Shown piece by piece: positions 10,954 through 22,810 of a DNA stretch of 64,000 nt. A model generated the notes under the pieces. That model did no database searches and was not told the DNA's origin. It was given only the letters and a program-made list of their open reading frames with translations. Position numbers and translations under genes: made by a program. The stretch is from Epithemia pelagica (Eukaryota; Protista; Bacillariophyta): assembly GCA_946965045.2 (NCBI GenBank), contig OX337239.1, forward strand, positions 2,108,001 through 2,172,000, in the 5' to 3' direction. The first letter of the stretch is position 1. Each line of letters begins with the position of its first letter.

Positions 10954-13395
10954 TCACAGTACGTCGTCTTGGAAAACTTCGTCAACAGATTCTGCTTGAC
11001 TGTGCCTCGATGGAAGAAGCGTAGAATATCTACCCCCAGCAGAAACAGGAACAATGCCGTTGTCGACATCGTCAACAAGTTTTCGATCTTCTGCGTCCTT
11101 TAAACGTTTCTTGTCGTCCTCTGCCATTTGCTGTAGAGCAGGTTGCATTTTGTCAATCTCTTTTAGACGGCCGTATAAGTGTTTCATACCAAAGAGCGAC
11201 CCTGCGAAAACAGCTGCAACAATAAAGTAAGAGACAATCCAGCCCGCACTTCCACCATTGTCTTTCTTGCTGGAGCCTCCTCCTCCTCCTCCTCTGTTGG
11301 CGTCTGCGTTATTGCCTGAAGGAGCAGCCGGTGTTGGTGCAAATGTCACTGTTCCGGGAGCTCCCACTGTTGGGATACCATTTCTTTCCGAGGGCGTGGG
11401 TGATTCCGAAGGGACACTGGAACCAACTCCATCCATGGTAGGTGTACTGGCTGGGGGATCCGTCGTACTGCCACCCGGCCCCGATGGCGGTAACGCAACA
11501 GGAGCAACCGTAGGACTGGCTGCAGGGGGGACCGTGCCAAAGGGAGGTTCTATCGGGGTCGGACGGTTCGTTGGACCCAGTCCTGAGGGAGGTGAGTCTA
11601 CTGGAGGATTTGTAGGACCCGGACCTGGCGGAGAAGTTGGTTGAGGCGTTGGGTTAGGAGTAGGTAAGGGCGTTGGTTGAGGGGTTGGTCGAGGTGTGGG
11701 TGACGGGGTCGGCGGAGGGGTAGGACTGGGCGTGGGAGGAGGGGTTGTGGGTGGAGCCGGAAAGCTGAGCGGAGGGTCGCTGATTCCAGAGACAAAAAAG
11801 GTCATGATGGAGGTCGAATCGGTAATGACACGAATGGATATCCCAGTGTTTCCATTGTAGTAGCTGTCTGAGTTGGGTTGAATGTTGATGTTGCCACCTG
11901 ACGGAGTCAAGGTATCCATATTGGTCCAATAATCGCCTGAATCTCCCGAGTTTTTGCCCTTTTCAATATCGAAATTCCCATCCTTTTGCACGACAGCTAC
12001 TCTATAGTGCTTTTGAGGCCAGTTTGAGTCTCCGGGGGCGGCGGAACCATCGGCGTTATTGGCGCTTTCGTCAATATGGTAAATGAGAATGCCGCTTCCG
12101 AACATGGTCTTGTCAAATTTTTTCTTTTGGCGATTTTCAATGAGCAAGTATTCACCGGACTTGAACCCGTGGTTGATTCGGTAAAACTGATTGGACATGG
12201 AAACATCCTCAATATCATATGCTCCGTCGGCATTGATCACCGTGACATCTCCCCATCCAAGTTGTATTTTGGTAAAGGGTGATAAGGATCCTGGGGTATC
12301 CCCACTGGTTTGTTGGGGACCACGCAGTGAGGCCATGAGTCCAAAATCTGCAACTCCTCCAATGTGACCAGTAGAAGCGATACTTGTATCGTAGAGGTCG
12401 GCCACTCCTAGAACATGACTCATTTCATGAGCAATAATGCCGATTTTGGCGTTGGGTGTGTTGCAGTCGCCATCTTCAAAGGCACTGGCAATGGCATAGT
12501 CCCGAAGCCGAATGTGTGGTACACCACTGCTGCTCCATCCACTTTGCGCATTGGTCCTAGCTTGTGACAAGATACGGTCAGTGACAGATGAGCCATCGCA
12601 AATTGGCTTGTTGACCGAAACAGAGGAATAACCCGAATGAATGATAAGAAACATGTCAAAGTTGAAATCAAAATCGACATCAAAGTCATACCACCAAAAA
12701 TCACCGTATTTTTGTCTCATCTCATTTTCTGCCTTACTCATTGCAGCATGGGCAAGGTTTGCCGCGTCTCCATTGCTGGTGCAAGAATTGGAACACCCCT
12801 GGGCATAGTGTGCCTGGGTGTTGTCCGTGGTGTGCCAGCTACTGACTTCGCAACTGAATTTATACTTTCCATCCGACTGATTGTCAAAGTAATCCCTCAG
12901 GCTGCCAACCGGATTCGTAGAGCTTGGAGCGGATCCATCACAAAGCGACTTGAAGTACGAGGGATCTGGCAAGGAACGGCTGGCATGGTCCGTGAATCTG
13001 ACCAAAAGGACAAAGACTTTGAGCGTTGTTCCGGTTCTTGGTACGAGTCTACGCCGGGGCTGACCAACAACGTCACTACTAGCATCATCATCAAAAAAGT
13101 CGTTCTCATCGAGTTCCCCCTTCTCGGCAAGTTTTGCTTCTTGCGCCTGCACCTTGTAAAATCGTTGGATCCGTTCGCACTCCAGGGCGGTGCGGTTCCG
13201 ACAATTCTCTTCTTCGTGTGTCACATTCTTTCGATAGTGTGGTGGTGGTCGCAATGACCAAGGCTGATTCCTGTTGCGTTCTTGTCCAAATCGCACAGAA
13301 TTGGCCTTACTGAGCGTGACAATGAGACTTACGTAGAAAAAGACTGACAACGCCAAGCTTCCAAAGCCGCCGTTGCTGGCCCGGAGGAGTGCCAT
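10954..13395 (-). CDS. M6 (immune inhibitor A-like) zinc metalloprotease, type I membrane protein
   Basis: Signal peptide; VFVLLVRFTDH, DYFDNQS, HEMSHVLGVADLYD (HExxHxxGxxD), FGLMA, EYLLIENRQ, GILIYHIDE; then a Pro/Thr stalk, a TM helix (WIVSYFIVAAVFAGSLFGM) and a cytosolic tail. Confidence 0.88.
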   Translation of the reverse strand: MALLRASNGGFGSLALSVFFYVSLIVTLSKANSVRFGQERNRNQPWSLRPPPHYRKNVTHEEENCRNRTALECERIQRFYKVQAQEAKLAEKGELDENDFFDDDASSDVVGQPRRRLVPRTGTTLKVFVLLVRFTDHASRSLPDPSYFKSLCDGSAPSSTNPVGSLRDYFDNQSDGKYKFSCEVSSWHTTDNTQAHYAQGCSNSCTSNGDAANLAHAAMSKAENEMRQKYGDFWWYDFDVDFDFNFDMFLIIHSGYSSVSVNKPICDGSSVTDRILSQARTNAQSGWSSSGVPHIRLRDYAIASAFEDGDCNTPNAKIGIIAHEMSHVLGVADLYDTSIASTGHIGGVADFGLMASLRGPQQTSGDTPGSLSPFTKIQLGWGDVTVINADGAYDIEDVSMSNQFYRINHGFKSGEYLLIENRQKKKFDKTMFGSGILIYHIDESANNADGSAAPGDSNWPQKHYRVAVVQKDGNFDIEKGKNSGDSGDYWTNMDTLTPSGGNINIQPNSDSYYNGNTGISIRVITDSTSIMTFFVSGISDPPLSFPAPPTTPPPTPSPTPPPTPSPTPRPTPQPTPLPTPNPTPQPTSPPGPGPTNPPVDSPPSGLGPTNRPTPIEPPFGTVPPAASPTVAPVALPPSGPGGSTTDPPASTPTMDGVGSSVPSESPTPSERNGIPTVGAPGTVTFAPTPAAPSGNNADANRGGGGGGSSKKDNGGSAGWIVSYFIVAAVFAGSLFGMKHLYGRLKEIDKMQPALQQMAEDDKKRLKDAEDRKLVDDVDNGIVPVSAGGRYSTLLPSRHSQAESVDEVFQDDVL

Positions 13396-14155
13396 TGTCA
13401 CTTTAGCACGGGTCTTTTCGATTGTTTGTGTGAGCAGGTTTGAAGAAATTGGTTGGGTGGGGGATTATCCATGGAATCTTGGTCATTTGGCGTAGCTAGT
13501 AGGGTTTTTGTGTTTGTACGTCGATGCGACTGCGACCCAATAAAGAAATATTAGAGCTTGAGCAGGCTTAAGAATATTGCGTCATCGGGGGTTATGTTTG
13601 ATGATATCTCGAATGCTTGATCTTGATGGGAAGATGGAGACATTATGGTTCCAACCAAGATTCGACTTGACACGATTCCTCAACGACCTAACAGAGCTAT
13701 CCCTATCCTCTCAAACAGTGCCTCAAAACTTGCTTGTCCAAATGGGTCCATGGATGATCTCCGGCGCTTGCGTCGGCGATACAAGGTCGTCGTCCTGAGA
13801 TGTGAGCAAAGAAGAAAGTTGTCTGTTATATGCTTTAGTAGGAGGGTTCGAATTCATCCTTACGACCGACGACTACCTAGAGAGAAAATCAAGAGCAGCT
13901 GCGTCCCAAACGCTCACCATGGGTGTGCGTTGTTCTCTCTTGTTTCTACAATATAGCTGCCCAGTCTATTGTTTGCCTCGGAACGAACCTTGAGTTCTAG
14001 AAGCGGTTGGAGCGTGACATGATTCGTCATCAAAGTATACAAACAAATCGCCAACCAAATGAAGCCATCACATGTACTGCTGCTTCAATTTTTTGTCTTG
14101 AGTAGAAGTTCGTCCCTGTCTCCCTGTGTTCTCACATCCGCCGGTAGCGTTGAAG

Positions 14156-15679
14156 CTAGGAAAAGGGTCTGTTCAAGAACAGAAACAACACGACCAAGGC
14201 CCAAAGCGCCAAACGAAAATGTTTGGAAAGAATGCGTTGCAAGACGCCTGACACAGATCGAGCACGGTTGGAAGGTGGAATCGTTTCAGAGATGCTCCTT
14301 AACGTTGAGTCAATGTCGTCCTCATCGTTTACCAATAGAAGGGATGGTGTATCTAGTCTTTGGGGTAAAGAAGCTGTTTCTTCGTCTTCTGTTCCCGTAG
14401 TTGCTTCTTCCTCCAAAGGAAAGAGTCCTTGTCGTATCATGACAGCATGGTCCACCCAAATTGGTTCCTTTTCTTGAGCGGCTTGTTGATTTGGATGTTG
14501 CTGCTGAATTTTCTTTTGGTTCCGTTTACTGTTGCGCAAACCAATACAGGTCCGGTACATGTGTGATTGTTGGGCCCATTTTCGTCGTTGTTTCGTGGAA
14601 CAGGTGGAAATGCCGCCAATTTCGTTGCCGGCCGTCAACATGTGCAATCTCAAGGCTTGGGTCAAGGTCCGCATCGTCCATGTCGCAGTCCAGGTTTCCG
14701 GATGATAATGACTGGCACTGAGACACACATCAGTCTCGACCTGAAATCGTCCCGAGGGGGTCCATACTTGTAAGCGAGGTGGAGAATAGGGATAATCCAA
14801 GGGTAACCGCAATCGACCATGATAAACACCATTTTCGTAGGGTGATCCGGACACGCCCAAAATCGAAAAATGCCAAGTATGCAAATTGCCACGATGCAAG
14901 GGGCCAATCCACACATATTGGGGATGTACAGAGTCTTGTTCGTTCTCGTCATGATGCTGCTCCTGTTGTTGTCTCTTTCTTTGTCGTTGCGGTAGGATTG
15001 GACGTTGATGAATCCAATCATAGCCCATTCCTGCTTCGACAAGATCCTCCCATTCCTGTTGGATCCGTCGCACAGTACTTGAAGAAGATGACGACCCATG
15101 AAGCTTCAGTGACGATGTCGCTTTTCGGATGCTAGTTGCTGGTTTTGGTCTTTGGTTGGAAGTGCGAGGAGAATTCTTGCTAGCAGATGCAGAAAAAGAC
15201 TTGATATCGTTTGGTCTGTCTTCTTGGCTCATATCAGGCAAGGAATCCGTTGTACCACGTTCCAATGTAACGGATTCCGTTTGTGAAATAACCCCTTGAT
15301 CATTCGATTCCACTACATGTTGTTTCGTTGTTTTCTTTGTTTTGTTCTTCTCTGTCGTTCTCGTGTTTCTGACACTGACACCGATGGATGTACCATTGGC
15401 AGATGGGTCGGAAGAAGTAGAAGTACTGGAAGATGGAGTCGCTGTAGATGGAGTTTGAGTTGCTGTTGGAGTCACTGTTCTCGGAGTTGCCGCAAGGGCA
15501 GACGAACAGGACGAACTGTCAGTGACGGCCGGACTGGCAGTACTAGGAGTTGAGGATGACAAAGCCGAAACAGACGATGTTGATGTTGAGGAAGACGGCC
15601 CCGCATCCACAACGGGTATCATCATTACACCATGAGGAAACCACGTAATGACGAACATGGTTGTCGCAAACGCTACCAT
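14156..15679 (-). CDS. Ubc6/UBE2J-type ubiquitin-conjugating enzyme with N-terminal signal-like peptide and C-terminal TM anchor
   Basis: RRIQQEW, WHFSILG...SPYENGVYHG, TPSGRF, catalytic VCLSASHYHPETW, C-terminal LALWALVVLFLFL. The proposed start MVAFATT is at 15679; the frame is open upstream to 15973. Confidence 0.85.
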   Translation of the reverse strand: MVAFATTMFVITWFPHGVMMIPVVDAGPSSSTSTSSVSALSSSTPSTASPAVTDSSSCSSALAATPRTVTPTATQTPSTATPSSSTSTSSDPSANGTSIGVSVRNTRTTEKNKTKKTTKQHVVESNDQGVISQTESVTLERGTTDSLPDMSQEDRPNDIKSFSASASKNSPRTSNQRPKPATSIRKATSSLKLHGSSSSSSTVRRIQQEWEDLVEAGMGYDWIHQRPILPQRQRKRQQQEQHHDENEQDSVHPQYVWIGPLHRGNLHTWHFSILGVSGSPYENGVYHGRLRLPLDYPYSPPRLQVWTPSGRFQVETDVCLSASHYHPETWTATWTMRTLTQALRLHMLTAGNEIGGISTCSTKQRRKWAQQSHMYRTCIGLRNSKRNQKKIQQQHPNQQAAQEKEPIWVDHAVMIRQGLFPLEEEATTGTEDEETASLPQRLDTPSLLLVNDEDDIDSTLRSISETIPPSNRARSVSGVLQRILSKHFRLALWALVVLFLFLNRPFS

Positions 15680-16061
15680 GTTTGTCAAGTAGTGGATGGT
15701 TTTGTGATAGCAACGCGTGGTTTGTCGTGGTGCAGGATGCGCGATCGACAACGAACATGGTGTGGTTTCGAACCTGATGATCCTTGGTGCCCCTCGCCTT
15801 CTCTTTCCATGGTTCTTTCGGTAATCATGTGGTCTTGACCTTTGATAAGTTTGGTCCCAAGAGATTTTATCGTGGTCCAGATCTGTAACATGGGCTACGG
15901 GTTGCGGTTTTCTCGCCATGGTCTCCATCTGCGGGGAGAGAAGAGAAGAAACGTGTTGCTCAAATACTTCCACGTGGAGAATGCTTCATGCGAGGGTAGC
16001 TAGAGGCCCCTCTAGCTAAGGGGTAGTCCCAAACTCCTCGCTTACAACAACAAAATGACAT

Positions 16062-16130
16062 ATGTATTTGTTCTCCCCATGTTTCCTATAGACAGATGTA
16101 TTTGTTCTCCCCATGTTTCCTATTGACAGA
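16062..16130. repeat. 34-bp tandem duplication just downstream of the dioxygenase stop codon
   Basis: ATGTATTTGTTCTCCCCATGTTTCCTAT(A/T)GACAG occurs twice. Confidence 0.9.
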
Positions 16131-16136
16131 GGTATA

Positions 16137-18652
16137 CTATAACGTTACTTGGCGTCTTCCATGATCGTCGGTCGTTCCTCGCATTTGCCACAGGGGATCA
16201 AAGAAACCCTGAACACCCACTCGGAAATCCAACGACACTCGAGTATTGCATGTCGTATTGGCATTAACGTAGTGGCGACAGGAGGAACCATGAAACGATA
16301 TAATCTCATTTACCTTGGCATGAATGGCATGGAAATCACCCTGGTTATACGAGGATTCGCACCACAAATCCACACCCGTCTGCGCAAAAGAATAGAGTGA
16401 GTACATGTGCGTGTGAGAGAGAATGAACAAACAAAAGGGGTGTGAAAGTTGGTGACCACAAAGAAGAAAGTTACTCAACAGTTGTGTCTGCTTCCTACTC
16501 GTACCTTTAAAGAATCTGTGAGAGGAACCCAAAAATTAAGTTCTCCATTTTGATGCCCATACTCAGCGTCGTTGTGAGCCTTGACCGTGGCCCATCCAGG
16601 ACCTGGTTGCAATCGCAAGGTTGGTGGACGTTGACAGTAAAACGTAAAGGTACCATCTTCGTCGGGGACTGTACCGACGGATAGCAGTCGTTGCTTTACG
16701 TGAGGCAATACCACCGTGTCCACGAATCGATCAAACAAGGACAAAAATTCCGTGTCTTGATACACCTGGTCCGAGAGATACTTTTGTGCGCTTTCACATT
16801 GACCCCCATTTACTCCACGCCAAGTGGAGGGAACTGGGACCACAAAGTCTTCTAACAAGGCCTTTGCTACATCTTGCTCCTGCGAAGGGTCGTCGTTTTG
16901 ATCAACCATTCGGAAATGACCCACAATGTCCGAATCACATCGTGACAAGAGGTTACGAACGGCTCCCACGAAATCAAATTTTTCTTGTGTTCCAGTGTTG
17001 TTGTAGGAAAACACTTCTTCCTCGCAGATTGGCAACCACAAGGTTTTGGTAAGCTTGCCTTGGCTGTTTCGTGGTTGCGGATCATGTTTGCGATTTTTGG
17101 GGGCAAATTTCACTCGATGAGCGGATGACCGCAAGGTTGCAATCCCCGACTTGTACACGGCTGCGTCCTGTGGTCGTGTCCTTGTTCCAGTCCAACCAAA
17201 GGGTTGAATTCGAAGGACCGCCTTAAAGTTGTTGGGCACAGTATATATAATCCCATTGGGAGCGACAATGGCTCCTTCAAATTTGGCCAAGCTACGGCAC
17301 GGACTGGGCAACTGCCAGGTAGTGATTTTGGGGTTGCAACGACTGGTATCAATTTGCAACAAGGAGTTGCTGGCCAGGGGAATTCCATAGACACTCTTAT
17401 CGACCGGAGACAAAATTCCATTTTGCCACTTGTTTTGACACATTTCTTCCAATTGTTGTTCGTAGATATTGGGCCCAACATTCTGGACCGACCTTTGCAC
17501 CGTGTCTACCTGGAGGACCTGTTCGGCGCCACTGGGAAACACATAGACACGTCCATCACTGCCCGCCATGGCGCCCAAAAACTTGTATTTTCTATCTCTT
17601 CGATGTCTTCCCGTTTTGATAATCGTGGAATTACCCAATTCATAGAGACTCGGTTCGGGTACGTCTTTCGTGTTGTTATTATTTACGTTGGTTGTGTTGG
17701 TGTCGTCTTCTGGTGGTTTGTCCAGTATCTGGGGCGGTTGTATGCAGAGAACCGAGTCGGCATTGGAGGGTACACACACAATGGTGCCATCTGGTGCAGT
17801 GCTTGCACCATGCCATTTGTGCCCACCATCTCCAAAGGATCCATGCACAGTGACACCATCCTCAGGATGAATGCGAAGGACCCGAGCTGCATTTTGTGGA
17901 ATGCCATAAATGGCCCCATCCGTATTCCCCACAAGTCCTCCATACCACTTCCATCGACCAGGAAAGGCAGGTCCTAGCAGGGAACACTTGTCAGCAACTG
18001 GATCAACTTTGAGAACATGCGTGGCCGACTGAGGAATGGCGTAGATGCATTGATCAACAGGGGAGATGTTGCCGCCATGATACTTCCATTCTTGCTTTTG
18101 TTGTCGTGTGGCCATTTCTGGATCGTTGGCAAAAAATTCTTGATAGGGAATCTCCATAAGTGTTACAGTCTCAGTGGGTACATGTATTCTCAAGACGGAA
18201 TCGGAATGACAGGGCAAACCATAAATCACATCTCCAACCGTGATACTGCGCAAGAACTTGAATTTGCCTGGAAGGTTGGGGCCAATTTGACGTAACTCAT
18301 CGGTTTCCGGGTCCAATTGAAGCACACGAGGAGCATGTCCAGGAATGTAATAGATTTTACCATCCGATCCAACATCGGCTCCCAAAAACAAGGTTTGACC
18401 GGCCAATAAGGACGAGGATTCTTCATTGGGTTCGCTGGGGTCAGTTCGGCACCAAATATAGTTGAGCTTCGGACCATTTTGGCTCGAATAGTCAACCTCA
18501 TTGCGAGGACGTTCCTTTACAACAGGTTTAATGTACACCGTCCTATCGAATACGTCCTCTGTCTCTTCCAGAGGCACCACATCTTTCTTGGATGGTGCCA
18601 TGGTGGTCTTTTGCCTTTTCTTGTGTGGGCGAGGGATACGGAAGTCTGGCAT
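16137..18652 (-). CDS. 8-repeat beta-propeller fused to a 2OG-Fe(II)-type dioxygenase domain (StrG-like); 2 exons (18652-16505, 16379-16137)
   Basis: Eight repeats of KW-x-G...DG-x-IY-x-IP...VL-x-I-x-P. C-terminal YCQRPPTLRLQPG, HND (HxD), ELNFWVPLT, distal RHY and TRVSLDFR. A phase-0 GT-AG intron at 16504-16380 joins the two ORFs (~796 aa). Confidence 0.82.
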
Positions 18653-18666
18653 TCGTACGATAATAG

Positions 18667-18914
18667 CGAAAGATTTCTACAGTAGCAACAATCCATCGTA
18701 GGGCACGCATGGGTGCAAGGGATAACTTCGGGTTTCTACAAGAGATTATGCTACCTCCCACACATTGGAGGGTCGCCAGTTTAGAGGTCCACATCGCCAT
18801 TTTGGGGCGACGTGGGCGATTCGTTCATAGATGGGCGATCGGGTCACGGGTTACTGTGAACCTTAACATAGCTCAGTCCCGCATGACATAGTGACACTGC
18901 GAAACTTATTCGGT
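18667..18914. repeat. 248-bp dispersed direct repeat, copy 1
   Basis: Identical by eye to 24152-24399 (CGAAAGATTTCTACAG...CGAAACTTATTCGGT). Confidence 0.95.
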
Positions 18915-21722
18915 CCCCTCGAACACGATCATCCTCGGTAGGACTCACCGCTATGGATGGTCTGGTTCGACATGAGTTCGCGATCTCAAAAGCAGTTGCT
19001 TCTTCCAATGCAACATAACGCTTGCCCATCCACTGTTTGTATCCCACAGGGTATACCCATTTCCAAACCCATTCACGGATGACATGCTCTCGGGAATTCC
19101 GACTTCCGACACATTAACCACGGCCCTGCTGTAATCCTGGAGAATTGTCTCGTATTGGCTGACTGGAAAATTCTTTAGCAAAAGTGATTCTCCCCGGCCT
19201 TCTCCTTGAAGAAGTCCACATAGTACTTGCAAATGCTTGTTTGTGTCGAGAGCATCGTACTCTTTCTCCTTGCTTCTTGCAAAACTTCTGGGCTGGTGAG
19301 ATCCGTAGTCGGTGCTAAACCTTTTAACTCGTCGTCAGGTTTGGTCTGCTGGTAGTCTCCCATATCCGATGACAAATTTCGTAATTCCTATTGCATACTC
19401 CTGGTGGTTCCGCTCCATTCGTACATCCACCAATCAAACTTCATCCTCCTTGGTGGTTCCGTTTCACACGTACGTCCACCGACACAACTTCCTTTCAACA
19501 TTGTGGTTCAACCAACCCGATGGTTATTTAATCCACAATTCTGCATCTCTCCTGATGGAAAACAATAATAGAAAAACCATCTCAATCTCTTTGTGGTTCG
19601 GCACGACGATTCTGCTGCTTACTCCACAGGAAAACAGGTTAACAACCAAATGGAATTCAACCAAGCTCGTGCTTTGTCCAGAACTGTGGTACGGGACGCC
19701 AGGACGTTTGCTGCTGGCAACACGGTCAATGTACCTCGGTGCAGGGCTGGTACTGAATCTTTATCAAATCGTTACCGTCTTTTCATCTGCTTGCTTCTTA
19801 GAGCAGGAAGGCCAGTATTTTCCACAATTACCTTACGTTTGGGGGCGATGTCCCCATAGACTGCATGTGTCTCTTCGTCTACACCTGCCTTCTCATTCTT
19901 AGTTTCTGTCTGCTCACAATGAGCAACATCAGACAGTAAAATCCTTTCATGTCTGGCTCCCGCGTGTAACAAGAGCTTTGCGACTCATCCCAGGCCATAG
20001 CTGCATTTACAGATTTTCAGAGACCCACAGGGTGCGCAACTTTTCATAGCACGACTCGTTGTTGTCACAAAACCGTGACGCACACACCACCTTCAGGCTG
20101 TGGTTGGCCATTAGTACTGCCCTGTTCGGCTCATTGCTTTATTATCCGCGTACATCATGGCCTCAGCCTTATGAATCCACTGATAATGGCAACTCTTTCT
20201 TGCGCATGAACGCATACTGGACTCCATTCATCAATGTTGTCCCCCCAGGAATTGGTGGGACCGTAATATGCATGGCTGTTAGGCATTTGCCCGTTGATGT
20301 TTGTATTACACACACCATCACACCACGGTGAAACTTGATCGCTTGTCGGCTCACGAGAAGCGTCCCCGGAAACACATTCCGTTTCCCTTATATTTCTGTT
20401 GCCGCACGAGCTTCCTTGCCTCCCACACGTTGCCCCGCCATGGGGCTAACAACGCAACTGTGGTACCTGAGGCCTTGTCCTTACACATCCAATATTGGCT
20501 ACTACCAACAGCTGCTTTCATCAAGAGCACTTCTCGCTATCATTGCCAAAGTTCTCAAACCACAATGACCCCTCTTTCTGTTGGATTACATGCACAAATG
20601 CCACGCGTTGTGAGTGCATCCCGAAGGCATTATGGCTTGGGTCATTGTTTCATTGATGATTTCTTTGAAGCAAAGATAATGCGTACAACTACCTCCTCTC
20701 ACGGAGTGTTCTGCACGATGGGCGCATTGTGCCCCGTTGACATAGCTGTCGGACACAGCTTTCACAGACATAACGTGTCGCGGTGACATCAACTGGCATG
20801 ATGCAGTCACAGACAAAATGCTTTCACAGACAAAACGTGTCACAGTGACTTGGATTGACATGCTTCGATTGACTGGGGTTGCAACATTCCCCCCTTGACC
20901 GGTGCATATATGCACGGGTCATGTGGTGCAACAAAGTGTGGCGACAACAAAGTGATGGCCCCAGCGCAACGTTCTTATTGTTTTAGACGAACATTGCAGC
21001 TTGCACAAAATTATGGTTCAACGCCATCGCACCACAAAAAGTGACTGGAACATGTCACATTCTCCACATTACGTTTTCTTGTTGTACATCACAACGATTT
21101 ATGCTTCATGGGTGTCTTACAGGGCCTTATCTGCCCGCACCAATGTTCATAGAGATAGTATAGGGACTAGCAACTTCAATGATTTGATAATCCATTGCTC
21201 CAACTGTTCAGAGATCGCATGTAATTGACAGCGCAACAGAACACAGTGTTCACGCAGTACCAGGCGCAGGAAACGTTGTCTTTGTCAACAGGCCCTCGTA
21301 ATTCGGATACTATTACGGGCGTTGTATCTTCGCATCATAATGGAGGGTCATCACCTTGAAGTGACATCTGACCCATGGCGACTCCATCTCTCGGATGCCG
21401 CGTGTACTGCTGCGCCAACTGCGCATATGGTTGGATTTCTCTTCAGCATTTTGTACATGCGATGCCAAAAATGGCGTATCCACATGATGCTTGAGTCAGG
21501 AAAAGATATTCTGTAGCCCGCCAGTCCGGCGCTCTGGCTGGAAATTCGACACTCATAGGTCGTAGTTTGACATAAAATCAGCAAATTATATCTTGTGGCC
21601 CGCCAATCTGGCCCTCTTGCTGGAAATTCGACACTAAGGTCGCAGTTCGACAATAAGTCTTTTTAATATCCACCGATGAGCCAGTGGTGTCGCTAAGGTG
21701 ATCAAGCTTAGCCTCAAAAAAA

Positions 21723-22092
21723 CTCCTGTGATGGAAGGCAATCGCCAAATCCCTCACGAATGACAGTGGACGGATGCTCATCAATCCGTCATGAGCCACT
21801 GCCACCGACAAAAGGTCGTTAACTATCGACACCAACGCTGGACGTCTCGTTCTTATTTTGGCTGTCCTGGTGCTCAAACTGCCCATTGGCTGTGCTTGTT
21901 TGGTTTTCGTAGGTTCTATTGTCAACCTCCTGTGATGGAAGGCAATCGCCAAATCCTTCACGAATGACAGTGGACGGATACTCATCACGCCGTCATGAGC
22001 CACTGCCACCGACAAAATGCCGTACACCAATGCTGGGCATCACATTCTTATTCTTGGCTGTCCTGTTCATAACTGCCCATTGGTTGTGTTTC
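21723..22092. repeat. About 170-180-bp imperfect tandem duplication (period about 204)
   Basis: CTCCTGTGATGGAAGGCAATCGCCAAATCC...CCACCGACAAAA at 21723 and 21927, with similarity continuing downstream. Confidence 0.85.
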
Positions 22093-22233
22093 TTGATGTT
22101 GGGAGGTGATATTGTCATGGCAGAACCGTGACCATATGGTACCTTCTCATCCCAGAAAGGTTATGTTAAAAATCCTCTGATTTTGCGGATTAATGATAAC
22201 CTTGTTTCTTGTTCGTGTTTCTTCTTGCTCGTA

Positions 22234-22810
22234 AAAGGACTTCGAGCTTGTGCTTCATATATTTGTCGTCATAGGACCTTGAGCTATAACTTGCTCATCA
22301 AAGGACCTTGATCTATAACATGCTCATCAACAGGCCTTGAGCTACAAACCTTGAGCCATGACTTGCTCGTGGTGACGTTCAGTCAACCACAGACTTTGAG
22401 CTGTAACTTGCTCGTCAACAAATTTAATGTCATCAAAAGGCCTTGAGCTGTAACATGCTCATCAAAGGACCTTGATCCATAACATGCTCATCGACAGACC
22501 TTGAGCTCCTGTATCATATCGTATGACGAGGCAACTTGTTGTGGCACCACATACGAGGCAGCATTGTCGGCATGCCTCATATTCTGAGGTCAACAGCCTG
22601 TGGTGAACAACCACATACGAGGCAGCATTGTCGGCATGCCTCATATTCTGAGGTCAATAGCCTGTGGTGATATGGCTTGCAAAACAGCGTGGCTAGCACA
22701 CTAATTGTTATTATGCTTGAGTTGCATCATAGCCTTCCCCGGCATTATGCTTGAGTTGCGTCATAGCGTTCCCCCTGCCAGCCGTATCGGCATGATTCTT
22801 GAGTTGCGTG
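22234..22810. repeat. Three adjacent short tandem arrays (about 29-bp x8, 64-bp x2, 34-bp x2-3)
   Basis: AAAGGACCTTGAGCTATAACTTGCTCATC-like units at 22234-22512, ACCACATACGAGGCAGCATTGTCGGCATGCCTC... at 22546 and 22610, ATTATGCTTGAGTTGC... units at 22700-22810. Confidence 0.85.

Noticed and set aside
20100-20680. Reverse-transcriptase motifs (IMPSG and MYADN) in the decayed block
   Set aside because: They lie in different frames and ~150 codons apart, versus about 40 in real RTs.
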